Shown here in pieces: positions 39,428 to 50,894 of a DNA stretch of 64,000 nucleotides. A program made the position numbers and the translations under genes. The stretch comes from a virus. Its lineage: Duplodnaviria; Caudoviricetes. The notes under the pieces were generated by a model. It had not been told where the DNA came from. It made no database searches and saw nothing but the letters and a program-made list of their open reading frames with translations. The DNA lies in the IMG/VR virus record IMGVR_UViG_3300030055_000003, one strand, 5' to 3'. Numbering within the stretch: the first letter of the stretch is position 1; each line of letters begins with the position of its first letter.

Positions 39428-39978
39428 AAAGGAGAGATATTATGAATAACATATTGGAAAAACATCAAAAGGGAAAATATCGATATAAGAACAAGGACAT
39501 AATTCTTTATCACCCGACCTCAGAACAAGATGAAGAAATAAAACAACTAGTACAAGGTAGTATACAAATAGATAAAGAAATGCAAGTTAGTGGAGAATTG
39601 TCATTTAAAAGTGTAAGATATATAATCAGAGAAATTACTTCAATAGGTCATGAAATAGATAATATAGAAGATAAAGAAATACAAGAAAAATTAGAGAATG
39701 GAGATAGGTGTTTAGTTTTATTAAAAAGAGAAATAGATTTATTGATTCAAGAAGTTGTTGATGATATATTTTATGATTATACGCAACAAATTAAAGAAAT
39801 GAGTAGTTTATTAAATATATTCAATAGCAATGATGATTTAAATAAATTACAAACTAAATTTAATAAAGTAATGAAGAAATTTAAAATAGATGTAAAATTT
39901 GAGGAATTTATGGGTATGCAAAATAACCCACAAGCAATTGAAGATTTAACTAAAAAATTAAATATAAAAACTAAGTAA
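39424..39978 (+). CDS. Putative tail assembly chaperone
   Basis: Helical protein immediately before tape measure gene; likely start ATG ~39442. Confidence 0.35.
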   Translation: MKRRDIMNNILEKHQKGKYRYKNKDIILYHPTSEQDEEIKQLVQGSIQIDKEMQVSGELSFKSVRYIIREITSIGHEIDNIEDKEIQEKLENGDRCLVLLKREIDLLIQEVVDDIFYDYTQQIKEMSSLLNIFNSNDDLNKLQTKFNKVMKKFKIDVKFEEFMGMQNNPQAIEDLTKKLNIKTK

Positions 39979-40042
39979 AGAAGTACTGTTTATAATTTGT
40001 ACTTCTTTTATTTTTGTGTAAATGAAAGGAGAACGATTATAA

Positions 40043-41600
40043 ATGGCTGATTCATATAAAAATTCAATAAAATTAGGCATTGCTCTTAAACCAACAAGCG
40101 AGGTACAAAATGAGTTAAATAGTGCTATACAACAATTAGAGAAAAATTCTAGTATAGATTTAAAAATAGATACAAAACAAATTAATCAATCTTTAAAAGA
40201 TTTTAGTGAAACTTTAAATAGTATTAGTAATCAAATGAAAAACGGGTTTAATTTGGGGAGTGTTTTTAATGCTCAAGCAAGTAGCGTTGAAGGTGTTACT
40301 AATAAATTAAAAGAAGAACAACAAGCAATTGAACAAACTGCAAATACTATGAAAATTTTATCTAGTACTAAAATAGGTAATTCTGATTCTAATGGAAATA
40401 TAACAGAAACATTAAAAACAGTTGAACAATTACAAGAAGGTATTGGTAAAACAACTAGATTAACAACTGATTTAAAAACTGGATTAAATACTGCAACTAA
40501 TACAGAAAATTTTCAGAAGTTAGAGAATATAGTTGATAATTTACAAAACAAATTAAATAAATCAAGTAATAATAAATTTGTAAATGAATCTGTAATTACT
40601 GAATTGCAAAATAAATTAAATGGAATTAATACTAACACAGCCGAAAAAGAAATCAAAGAATTACAAACTACTATTAATAACTTAGGAAGTTCAGACAATC
40701 AAATAGTGAGACTACAATCAACAATTAGTAAAATGGAATCCAGTCTTACATTAATGAAAAGTAAATATGGAAGTTTAGTAGGTGATAATAGTTCAAAGTC
40801 TTCTTTAGATGCTTATGTATCTGAAATAGAAAAATTAAAAACATTAATGGCTAGTTTACAAAACGGTGGAACAATTAGTGGTCAAAAACTAGCTTCTGAA
40901 TTAAATTTAGGAACAGAAGCTAGTAGGAATTTATCTAATTCAGTTAAAAATTCTAGTTCAGCACTTAAACTAGCTCAACAAGATGCAAATTCTTTTGGAG
41001 GAACATTATCTAAAGTTTTGAGCAACGCTGGAATATATATGGGTGCTTATCAAGGTATTCAAATGTTAACTAATGCCGTAAAAGATGGTGCAAAATATGT
41101 AGAGTATTTAAATGCATCTTTTACAGATATGAAAATGACAATGGATATTTCAGAAAGTGGTTTTACTAAATTATCTTCAGAAATAGATGAAATGGGTAAA
41201 AAAATCGGTGCAGTTTCTACAGATATGCATGATATCGCTAGAGTTTATGCTAACGCTAATACGTCTGCCGATGAAATAATGCAGAAGGTTAAGTCTGCTT
41301 CTGAATTGTCAAATATATCTGGCATGAGTGGAGTAGATACTACAAAATCCATGCAATCAGTAATAAATCAGTTTAAGCTAATGTCGCAAGAAGGTGCTAC
41401 TGCTAGTTCAGTCACTCAACATGTTGGAGATGTATTAACTACTGTTTCTAGAAATATGCAATATGATTTTGCAGATGGAATAAAGCAAGTTAATGAAGCA
41501 ATAAAGACTTCAGGTTCAGTGGCAGAGACTGCTGGAGTAAGTTTAGAGTCATATGCTTCTATGGCAGGTGCTTTTATACAACAAACAGGCAAAACTGGGT
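40043..41600 (+). CDS. Tape measure protein, exon 1 (519 codons + 1 nt)
   Basis: TP901-like TMP core (LNASFTDMKMTM...ARVYANA...ELSNISG...DFADGIKQVNEAIKTSGSVA...GKTG). Confidence 0.85.
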
Positions 41601-41706
41601 TAAATTTAGGCTCAGTATAAACTTATTCTAATATACGGCGAACACCCAGAGATGGACAACGCCTTGGAAGATTAATTTTAATACATAATAAAATAAATTA
41701 AAAGTG

Positions 41707-41853
41707 TTTACAATGATATAATAAAAAGGTATTATTATATTAGAAACTAGATAAGGAGTAATTAACCATATTGAAAAGGAGTATCCGAACTCCCTGTTTC
41801 TATTTTTATAAATTCGGAAATAAATTAAAATACATATCGGAGGTATTATAGTA
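41707..41853 (+). promoter_or_regulatory. Intron-internal promoter and hairpin/pseudoknot leader of GIY-YIG gene
   Basis: TTTACA-17-TATTAT (41707-35); stem ggagt/actcc, loop atccga; complements tcggaa 41814-19 and tcggag 41837-42 (RBS). Confidence 0.6.
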
Positions 41854-42891
41854 ATGAAAGTAGGAAACTTAGAAGTATATGGTATTATATATAAAATAAT
41901 AAATAAGTTAAACAATAAGATATATATTGGACAAACAGCTAGAGATTTTAATAAAAGATATTTTTATACAGGAGAAACAAAATTAGAAAGAGTTTATAAT
42001 CTGCATAAAAATATAAAAGAAAAGAATAATGGATATTATAATAGACACTTATTAGAGTCTATGGAAAAATACAGTTTAAATAATTTTGAATTGGTTGAAG
42101 TCTTTGATATAGCTTTTTCAAAAGAAGAACTAAATATTAAAGAACAATGTTGGATTAACGTTTACGATAGTTATCATAATGGATATAATCAAAATTTAGG
42201 CGGAGATGGGAATTATGGAGTTGAACGGAAAAAAGGAAAAGATAATCCAAGTTCTAAAGCTGTGGTTCAATTAAATAAAAAAGGAAAATATATAAAAACG
42301 TGGGATTGTATGGCTGATGCTGAAAGAGAATTACAGATTGCCATAGGATGTATAAGTGGAGTATGCATTGGTTTATGTGATAAAAATGGATACATAAGAA
42401 AATCAATAGGTGGTTTTATGTGGAAATTTTTAGACGATTATAATAAAGAAGAATCAATTATATATGATAATAAGGTAGGAGAGTATAATAAAAAACCTAT
42501 AGTTCAACTAGGTTTAAATGGGGATTTTATAAAAGAATATAATTCCATATCTGACGCTTGCAAAGAAACAGAAGGTTCTATAACATCTAAAATATCTAAT
42601 TGTTGTCAAAATAAAAGAAAATCTCATAATGGTTATATATGGATATATAAAAGAGATTATAATAAAGATAATAATTATAATTATAATGTAAAAAATAGTG
42701 GGAAAAATAAACCAGTAATTCAACTATCAAAAGATAATATTTTTATTAAAGAATATAATAGTATGTCTGATGCAAGTAAAGAATTAAATTTAAATATATC
42801 AAAAATATCTAATTGTTGTAATAATAAAAGAAAAACACATGGAAATTATATATGGTTATTTAAAGAAAACTATCAAGCTATAATAAAATAA
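41854..42891 (+). CDS. Intron-encoded GIY-YIG homing endonuclease with three NUMOD1 repeats
   Basis: GIIYKI...KIYIGQT...R; GYNQNLGG; three KPVxQL..xG.FIKEYxSxxDAxxEL...ISxCCxxKRKxHxGYxW repeats. Confidence 0.9.
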   Translation: MKVGNLEVYGIIYKIINKLNNKIYIGQTARDFNKRYFYTGETKLERVYNLHKNIKEKNNGYYNRHLLESMEKYSLNNFELVEVFDIAFSKEELNIKEQCWINVYDSYHNGYNQNLGGDGNYGVERKKGKDNPSSKAVVQLNKKGKYIKTWDCMADAERELQIAIGCISGVCIGLCDKNGYIRKSIGGFMWKFLDDYNKEESIIYDNKVGEYNKKPIVQLGLNGDFIKEYNSISDACKETEGSITSKISNCCQNKRKSHNGYIWIYKRDYNKDNNYNYNVKNSGKNKPVIQLSKDNIFIKEYNSMSDASKELNLNISKISNCCNNKRKTHGNYIWLFKENYQAIIK

Positions 42892-43153
42892 GAATCAAAA
42901 ATAAGCTAAAGTTTAACACTCTTTAGTTTATTTTATTATGTATTAAATTAATCACCAACAACGACTTAACGAATAAGGCTTGTATTTCTTATACAAGTAT
43001 GTAAAAGTCTGAACTACACGCTATAATCTAAAAAAGAAACGTGTGAGAAAAGGTCAAGTGTAAAGACACTTTAAGAAGAACCTTTTCCGCTATATAATAT
43101 TATTAATTATATAGTCAGTAGCCTTTAAATGAAGGGTGAAAGTAACAGAATCG

Positions 43154-46100
43154 CAGAATTTGCAGATTCATTTAAAATGGTATCAGCTAGAGTATTACAA
43201 CAAAAAGAATTAGGTGCAGATTTAGGTATTTCAGAAGCAGATATGGCAGGAGCAGAAAAGGCATTAACTAAATATAATATATCTATCAGAGAGTCTAATG
43301 GGGGGTTAAGAAATTTAGATGATATATTAAAAGATACATCGGTTGCTTTTTCAACCATGAGTGACAGTGATAAACAATATGTTGCAAATAAACTAGCAGG
43401 TGTCAGACAAACATCAAGTTTTATAGCCATGATGGATTCTATGAAAGTTCAACAAGATCTATATGGAAAAGCATTGGCATCAACTGGTGCTTTAGAAGAT
43501 GCAAATTCAATTAAAGCAGAAAGTTATCAAGGAAAATTAAACACTCTTAAAACAACTTTTAATCAATTATCAGCAACAATGATAAATGGAAAAATGTTAA
43601 CTGGTGGTTTAGATATAGCTAGTGGTTCATTAAATGGAATTAACACAGTTGCTAGTAAATTAGGTACATTCCCAACATTAATAATGGCTATAACTGGTGC
43701 ATTAACAATATTTAATACTAAATTTAGAGAAAATGTTAATATAATTGGTGGAGTAATTCCTGGATATTCAAAACTTACAAATTCTTTAAATGGATTAAAA
43801 GAAAGTTTATCAGCACAGGCAATAAAACAAGCAGAAAATATAAGTACATTAAAAACATTTGAAATGGCATATCAAAGTGGTGGAGTTTCAGTTAAAGGAA
43901 TGTCTACTCAATTAGCAGGAATGGAAGCTAAATTAGTAGCAACAAGATTAGCGATGGTTGCTACTACAATTGCCACAGTTGCTATGGAAACAGCAGTAAG
44001 TATGGGTTTATCATTAGCAGTATCTTTCGCAATAACAAAAATAATGGATTTAGTAAATGCACAAGAAAATTTAAAAAAGTCTAATGAAGAAGTTATATCT
44101 AGTTATAAAAGTGAAAAAGAAAGTATAACCAACGCTACTAATTTATTGAAGCAAAAAACAGATTTAGAAAATAAAATATCTCAAACCAATGAAGGAACTA
44201 AAGAAAACAAAGATTTAAAAGAAAAGTTATTAGATATTGAACGTCAACTAGCAACAGCATTACCTAATAGTGTAACAGGATTTGATTCAGAAGGAAAAGC
44301 TATATCCTCAAATAATAAACAAATTGAAGAACAAATTAGACTAAAAAAAGAATCTATGTTAGCAGATACTATGAAACAATTAGGTAAAAATAATTCTGCA
44401 ATAGATTTAACGTTAGGATACAATAATGGAGATCTTAGTAATATTCAGAATACTTTAGAAACGTTAAAAAAAACTAAAGCAGAATTTGAAAGTCAACTTG
44501 AAAGTGCTACAACAAATTTTGAAAAGTGGCAAGCAAAAACAGGAATAGAAAGTTATTCAAAAATGATAACAGATGCAGAATCCAGAATAGCTTCAAATAG
44601 AAGTCTAGTATTGCAAGCAGTAGACGCTGGCAAATCGTATCAACAAATAGCTGATGAAATGGGAGTATCTGAAGATGTTGTAAAAAGTTATGGAAAGGCA
44701 GTTCAAGATAATACTGAAAAACAAAAACAAAATTCCAATCAAATTAAAGAAGCATCAAATCAAACAAAAATTTTAGCACAAGCAAATAAAGAATTAAGTA
44801 GTGGTTCTAATCTTAGTACAGATACTATTAGTAAAATAGCTGAAATTTATCCTGAAGTTGGAGATAATGCAGAAAAAGCAACAGCAAAAGTTGATGAGTT
44901 TAATAATTCTGTAAAAGAAGCCCAAGCAAAGGAAGTTGAAGATGCAACAACCGCATATACAAAATCAGCAGAAGAAATAGCTAAAGCACAAGGGTTTTTA
45001 GATAAACTTAATAAATCTCAAGCTGTAACCCCAGCTTTAGTTGGTGAAGTTTTAAAAGTATATCCAGAATTAGCAACTAGTTTAGGTAGTGTTACTAGTC
45101 TTCAAGAAGGATTAAATAGTAAGATAAAAGAACAACAAGTTAGTCAAAATGAAGCCTATTTAACTATGATGTCAGATGATGAAACATTTTATCAAAATAA
45201 AATTGCCAATAACGATGAATATAAGAATGCATATAATAATCTATTAAATGCATTCGTAGCAGATGGGGAACAAGCATATACTATAGATTTTTCAAAATAT
45301 AAAACTCTTAACGAACTAAAGCAAGGAACAATGAATAGTTTCGGTACGTCTGTTAATAAATGGTTGTCTCAGTATGTAGATGTTAATGCAGATGGCTATG
45401 CAGTAGATTTGTCTAATTTTACAGATATAGCAAAAGCAAAAGTCGCAGTTCTTGCAAAGCTAAATGAAGAAATAAAAAAGATTAATGCAAATTTAGCTGG
45501 TACAGAAGCGATGAAATCAGTATTTGACAATACTAATCAAAGATTAGAATGGCAAGGAGACACTGATTTACCACAGTCTGATGCTGATAAATTTTTACAA
45601 AAATCGAATGATGATGTTATTTCTAAATATAAAACAAAAATTGATCAATTGAACGGTGCGGTTAAAGAAGTTGATACTAAGTTTGATGGATTTGGTACAA
45701 GCATGAAAGGTTTCTCAGGCGGGGATTTAGGTGGGGCTTCTGATTTTAGTGGAACTGGAGAAGATTCTGGCAAAAAAGGTAAATCAGCAGAAACTTTAGC
45801 AAAAGAAGCAGAAGCTGAATTAGTTAAATCAGAAAAACAAATGCTTACTGATATTACTGATGCATATAATCAAGCAAAAGATAAAATAGATGATGATATT
45901 AATGCAATAGATACATCACTTCAATTACTTGGAGATGCAGATGATTCCAATTTTACTCAACGTGTAGATTTAGCTACTCAAAAAATAGCTAAACAAAAGG
46001 ATGAAGTAACTAATGCAAGTGACCAATTACAAAAATTAAAAGATACAACGGTTACTACAGCAGAAGCACAGAAAGAACTAGAATCAGCTACATTAAAAGC

Positions 46101-47877
46101 TTCTAAAGAATTACGTACTCAAACTCTTGAAGCGAGTAAACTTCAAAAAGAATTAGAAAAGACTACACAAGAAGAAATTAAAGCAACTTTAGAAAAACAA
46201 AAGGAAATTGATACTGAGACACTTGATGCACAACAAAAAGCACAAACTGATAGATTAGATGCTATTAAAACTAAACAAGAAACTTTACATCAAGAAAAGT
46301 TAGATGCTTTAGATTCTGAAACCAAAGCTTTAGAGGCGCAATCAACAGCCTTAGACGAACAAAATACTGCAACAGAAAGAGCTACTGAATTAGAAAAAGA
46401 GAAGACTGACCTTTTAGAAAAACAACAAGAATTAACAAATTTAGAAAGTCAAAAAACTAATCAAGTATATCAAAAGCAAGCAGACGGCTCTTGGAACTTC
46501 ATGTATGTTTCTGATAAAGAAGCTGTATCTTCCAAACAAAAGGAAGTTGATACCGCTCAAGCTACTTTAGATGAAACAAATAGAAAAAATGCTTTAGATG
46601 ATGCTAAAAAAGAAATAGAAGACCAAAAAAGTGTTATTGAAGCAGAAAAAACATCTGAAGATACTGCATACGATAAGAAAAAATCATATTTAGATAAATA
46701 TTCAGATGATTTAAAAGAATCACAAGAAAGAGATAAACAACGTCTTGAAACTCATTATGCTGATATTGATACTTTATCAAAAGAGACATTAAAACAGTTA
46801 GAAACAGAATATAATAATAATTGGGATGCGATAGCTGAACATATAACTACAACTTTGACTGCAACTAAAAAGCAATTAGAAGATTTAACTACATTGAAAG
46901 CCAATTTTACAACCACTGAAGCAGATGAGGCTATTAATAGTGGTGATGTATCGGGTTATATAAATAAAAATAAAAGTAAAATGACTGATGAAGCTAAAGT
47001 AGACGAAAACGAGATAAATACTAATCTAAAGAATATTGACACAAGTGCAAAAGTTGCTAATACTTCTATTGATGACTTAACTCAAAGTTATAAAGATTTA
47101 TTATCTGTAAAAAATAATAATGAAATAACAAATGAAGATATCACAACTAGAAAGTCACAAGTTAAAACAATAACTAATATAGATTCAGAAGGATTAAATA
47201 CGTCCTTAAAGAATTTACAAGATACTGATAAGAAACTTGAAATTGAGCAAGATACCCATTGTAAAACTGAATTAACAAGACAAAGTAAAGCACAAGATGA
47301 TGAGTTGGCTAGTTTAAAGAAGTTCTCAGAATCATATTTATTAGTTACTAACAAATTCTTAGAATTATTACAAGTAGTATATGACTTCAGATTTAATAAT
47401 ATTACTACAATTGTTAGTGGTGCTGTGAGTAATATATTAGAAGCATTGATACAAACTGAAGCAGATTATGAAAAATTTGCTGAAATGTGGAATAAAATGC
47501 ATAAAGAAGATGACCAAATACCTTCAAGTGTGGATATTTCAAGTAATGTATCTGGGACTGCTAGTTATAAACAATCTACTACAGATTATCAAACTGGTAA
47601 ATTGTCCTTATATTCTGCTGATGCTTTTGAAAAATATGCAAGTCAAATTGGAAACGGAATAAGTGAAAGTTTATTAAGTAAGCTTAGTAACTATTCAGCT
47701 TCTGTTGGAGTATCAACTAGTACAAGTAATTCATCAACGGTAAATAATAAGAGTAATTCATCTTCTAGTAGTACTACTAATGTTAATATTAGTCAACTTG
47801 ATGTAAATACAAAAGATGCACAAACATTATTAAATCAATTATTAATAATAGTTCAAAACAAAACAAACTTGAGTTAG
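43154..47877 (+). CDS. Tape measure protein, exon 2 (spliced product ~2093 aa)
   Basis: Continues TMP core (FKMVSARVL...LRNLDDILKD...KLAGVRQTSSFIAMM), hydrophobic segment, long coiled coil. Confidence 0.85.
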
Positions 47878-47899
47878 GAAAATCATCCTAACTCTTTTT
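47871..47899 (+). terminator. Terminator-like hairpin at end of TMP
   Basis: gagttagga/tcctaactc stem plus T run. Confidence 0.65.
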
Positions 47900-47911
47900 A
47901 TAAATAGTGAG

Positions 47912-48211
47912 GTGAATAGAGTAATGGATTTAAATTTAAATAAAGGTGCGGATATTCTTATAAATGCAATGCAAATCCATTCAAAAAATGAAGTAGATAG
48001 AAATGCAATAAAAAGTATGCATAGACAAGGATATATAAAAACAGTTTTAGGAAATAATTTATATACTGTAGTTATAGATGAAGAAGATTATACAATAGAA
48101 GCAAGAGATGGATTAAATTTATCTGTAAATGATATAGTTATAATAATGTTGTATAACGGAGATATAAGTAGATCTTGGATAATAGATAAAAAACCAAAAA
48201 GATGGAAATAA
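47912..48211 (+). CDS. Small tail/baseplate-region protein (OB-fold-like)
   Basis: QGYIKTVLGNNLYTVVID...LSVNDIVIIML. Confidence 0.4.
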   Translation: MNRVMDLNLNKGADILINAMQIHSKNEVDRNAIKSMHRQGYIKTVLGNNLYTVVIDEEDYTIEARDGLNLSVNDIVIIMLYNGDISRSWIIDKKPKRWK

Positions 48212-48246
48212 TTATAAAAACAATATAAGAAAGGAGATATTTTATT

Positions 48247-49467
48247 ATGGAAACCAATAATCAACAAATATGTGGATTATCTAGAAATAGAACATTGTCT
48301 TGTAGAATAGAATTATTAGATTCAATAAATTATAATGTAGTGGATACTTTACAAGGAGAAATAACTACAGGAAGTATAACTTTAACTAATAATAATTCAA
48401 CAAGCAGTGCAAGTGGTTCTAGTGGAGATGATAGTGACAATAGTAATTTTGCAAGAATATCAGGTAGTATTGAATTTATTTTATCTTCTGATTTAGTAAT
48501 AGATTATTTTAAATTAGATTTAAAACATTTAATACGATTGATTGTAATAATTAAAGATAATGTTAGTTCTATATCTGCTTCATATACTTTAGGAATCTGC
48601 ATTATAAACACTCCTAATATTATTAGAGGAATTGATGGAAGTAATAAAATATCTATAAATTTAAATGATTTAATGTCAAATTTTAATGGAGATTTTAGTG
48701 GGGAACTCGATCATAAAGTTACAATAGAAGCAAGTGATACTACTAGTGCTAATTTATCACAGACTATTCAAGGAATTGCAACTAATGCAGATTTAATGGG
48801 GTTAGATATTAGTAAAGTTATATTTGAATCTAATACATATCAAATATTATCTGAAATTACTTGTGAAGTAGGTGGCAAGGTAACGGATTTATTGAAATCA
48901 TTAATGGATTTATATAAGGGGTATGAATTATTTTTTAATGCAGATGGTATATTAGTTTATCAAAAAATTAAAAAATATAGTACAGATTATCCTATTCAAG
49001 AATATAATAATAGCCCTAATATTATTAGTTATAGTATAAAAAAAGATTTTACTAATGTGAGAAATGATATAGTTGTCTTAGGTTGTACTGAAAGTGATAC
49101 ATCTAATAATAATGTTGGTAAACAGTATAAGGGAGAATCAACTGAAGAAAATGATAATCACCCTTTTAGTATAAATAATATTGGTAAAAGAAAAAAAGTT
49201 ATTTCTGATGAAAAGCAATTAACTGATGATTCTTGTAAAAGTGAAGCAGACTATTGGTTAGATAAATATACAAATTATGCTGAAACTTTAGAGCTGAATA
49301 TACTACAAGACTTTAGACTAATACCTAATAGAGTTATAAAAGTGACATATACAGATGATAATATTTCTATAAATAATAAAAGATATTTAATAAATAGTGT
49401 TACTTTTGGATTAAAACCGTCTGATTTATCTACAGTAAGTTGTTCATTGTTATATGATAATATTTAA
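48247..49467 (+). CDS. Tail/baseplate hub-like protein
   Basis: YELFFNADGILVYQK, DFTNVRNDIVVLG, final S-type hub motifs; position after TMP. Confidence 0.55.
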   Translation: METNNQQICGLSRNRTLSCRIELLDSINYNVVDTLQGEITTGSITLTNNNSTSSASGSSGDDSDNSNFARISGSIEFILSSDLVIDYFKLDLKHLIRLIVIIKDNVSSISASYTLGICIINTPNIIRGIDGSNKISINLNDLMSNFNGDFSGELDHKVTIEASDTTSANLSQTIQGIATNADLMGLDISKVIFESNTYQILSEITCEVGGKVTDLLKSLMDLYKGYELFFNADGILVYQKIKKYSTDYPIQEYNNSPNIISYSIKKDFTNVRNDIVVLGCTESDTSNNNVGKQYKGESTEENDNHPFSINNIGKRKKVISDEKQLTDDSCKSEADYWLDKYTNYAETLELNILQDFRLIPNRVIKVTYTDDNISINNKRYLINSVTFGLKPSDLSTVSCSLLYDNI

Positions 49468-49627
49468 TAAAAACATAATACTAATAAATAAATTATAAAA
49501 CAAACGTTGTAATTTTCTTTTATTAGTATTATTATATAAGCATACCGAATAAATACAAATTGTGGTATAATATTCTAAGAAAACAATATGGTGTATTTAT
49601 ATAATGATACTAAGGAGAGTGGACAAT

Positions 49628-50431
49628 ATGAAAAAATCTATAAGAAAATTAATAGTTATAGGCTTGATATCAAGTTCAATAAGTATTTTACCATTAGTTG
49701 GAGCAAGTGCAGAATGGAAACAAAATTTAGATAACACATGGTCAAATACAGATGTTTCAGATGGTTGGTTTAAAGATGATTCAAATTGGTATTTCTTTAA
49801 GAATGGAGTTATGCAAACTGGTTGGTTAAAAGATTCTAATGGAAAATACTATTATCTATCGAGTAATGGAAATATGTTATCAAATACAACTACACCAGAT
49901 GGATTTAAAGTAGATAATAATGGAGTCTGGATTCAAAATACAACAATAAATTCAAATAATACTACTAACATAAGTACAAATGTAGCAAATACCGCTAATA
50001 GCAATAATAGTTCTAATACTAATGTAACTAGCAATACGGATAACAGTACAAAAACCACAGCTAATACGACATTAAATAATACTGGAGTAATTAATGCTAA
50101 TACAACTAACAATGTTGATGTTACAGTTGATAATACCAGTAAAGCTGAGAATGAATATTATAAAGAGTTAAAGAAGAGTGAGCAAAAAAGTGATGATAGT
50201 TTAAAAGCATATTATCAAAAACAATTAGATGAAGCGAGATCAGATTTAGCATCAGCACAACAAGAACTAAGTAATGTTAAAGGTCAATTAACTAACAAGA
50301 CATTAACAAAACAGTCAGATGGTACATGGCAATATGTATATGTTGCAGATTCACAAAAAGTAGCACAATGTGAAAAGAAGGTAAAAAGTTGTCAAAGTAA
50401 TGTTGATTATTATGAGAAACTGGTTAAATAA
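49628..50431 (+). CDS. Secreted cell-wall-binding-repeat moron protein with C-terminal TMP-homologous domain
   Basis: Signal peptide ending GASA-EW; CW_binding repeats (WYFFKNGVMQTGW, YYYLSSNGNM); N/T-rich linker; own promoter (TTGTAA-17-TATTAT 49507-35) and terminator. Confidence 0.8.
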   Translation: MKKSIRKLIVIGLISSSISILPLVGASAEWKQNLDNTWSNTDVSDGWFKDDSNWYFFKNGVMQTGWLKDSNGKYYYLSSNGNMLSNTTTPDGFKVDNNGVWIQNTTINSNNTTNISTNVANTANSNNSSNTNVTSNTDNSTKTTANTTLNNTGVINANTTNNVDVTVDNTSKAENEYYKELKKSEQKSDDSLKAYYQKQLDEARSDLASAQQELSNVKGQLTNKTLTKQSDGTWQYVYVADSQKVAQCEKKVKSCQSNVDYYEKLVK

Positions 50432-50458
50432 TTAAGATTAGTATATATAGTTTAATTT

Positions 50459-50487
50459 AAGACTTAGATTTATTTCTAGGTCTTTTT
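50459..50487. terminator. Bidirectional terminator
   Basis: aagacttaga/tctaggtctt stem plus T run. Confidence 0.65.
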
Positions 50488-50510
50488 ATTATGTAAGATT
50501 AGAATAAAAT

Positions 50511-50741
50511 CTAATCTTCAAGTTTAATTCTATGAATTTTAACTTTCTTTCGTTCAACTAAATCATTAATTTCACAATCAAAGAATTCGCATAAAATTTC
50601 TAAATGTTCTTTATTGATCATTTTAAAAGTATTATTTACATAATCACTAATAGTTCCTTGACGTATACCAGTTTGACGGCTTAATTCTCTTTGACCTATA
50701 TTATGTTGTTCCATTATTTCTTTTAGTTTTAAATGTATCAT
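50511..50741 (-). CDS. Cro/C1-type HTH regulator (76 aa)
   Basis: QRELSRQTGIRQGTISDYVNN...LCEFFDCEINDLVE; GAGGTG RBS. Confidence 0.85.
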   Translation of the reverse strand: MIHLKLKEIMEQHNIGQRELSRQTGIRQGTISDYVNNTFKMINKEHLEILCEFFDCEINDLVERKKVKIHRIKLED

Positions 50742-50780
50742 ATCATCACCTCAATTATATTATACCATAAAATTTAAAAA

Positions 50781-50869
50781 TGATACGAAAAAAGTTTCAA
50801 AAAAGTATTGACACGAAAATTGTATCAATGTATAGTATAAATATACCAAGTGATACGAAATATGTATCA
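50781..50869. promoter_or_regulatory. Three TGATAC-N7-GTATCA operators overlapping a sigmaA promoter
   Basis: 50781-99 (TGATAC/GTTTCA), 50809-27 (TGACAC/GTATCA), 50851-69 (TGATAC/GTATCA); TTGACA 50808-13, TATAGT 50831-36. Confidence 0.75.
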
Positions 50870-50894
50870 AATAAAACTTGAGGAGAGTGTTATT

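Larger units (their letters stand above)
41601..43153 (+). mobile_element. Group I intron (T4 td-like, IA-type) interrupting the tape measure gene
   Basis: 5' exon ends in U with P1 ctgggt/gctcag (U-G at splice site); P/Q-like tacggcgaacacc and gacaacgccttggaag; P6 attaatt/aattaat flanks the ORF; P7 gact 42963-66/agtc 43006-09; P8 cttgtat/atacaag; terminal G at 43153; splicing restores in-frame KTG-S-EFADSFK. Confidence 0.9.

Noticed and set aside
39424-40043. Programmed frameshift tail-chaperone pair before TMP
   Set aside because: Only 64 bp and a terminator-like hairpin separate the gene from TMP; no room for an extended product
40043-47877. Tape measure gene as a pseudogene or two separate genes
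   Set aside because: A group I intron with exact in-frame splice junctions explains the split
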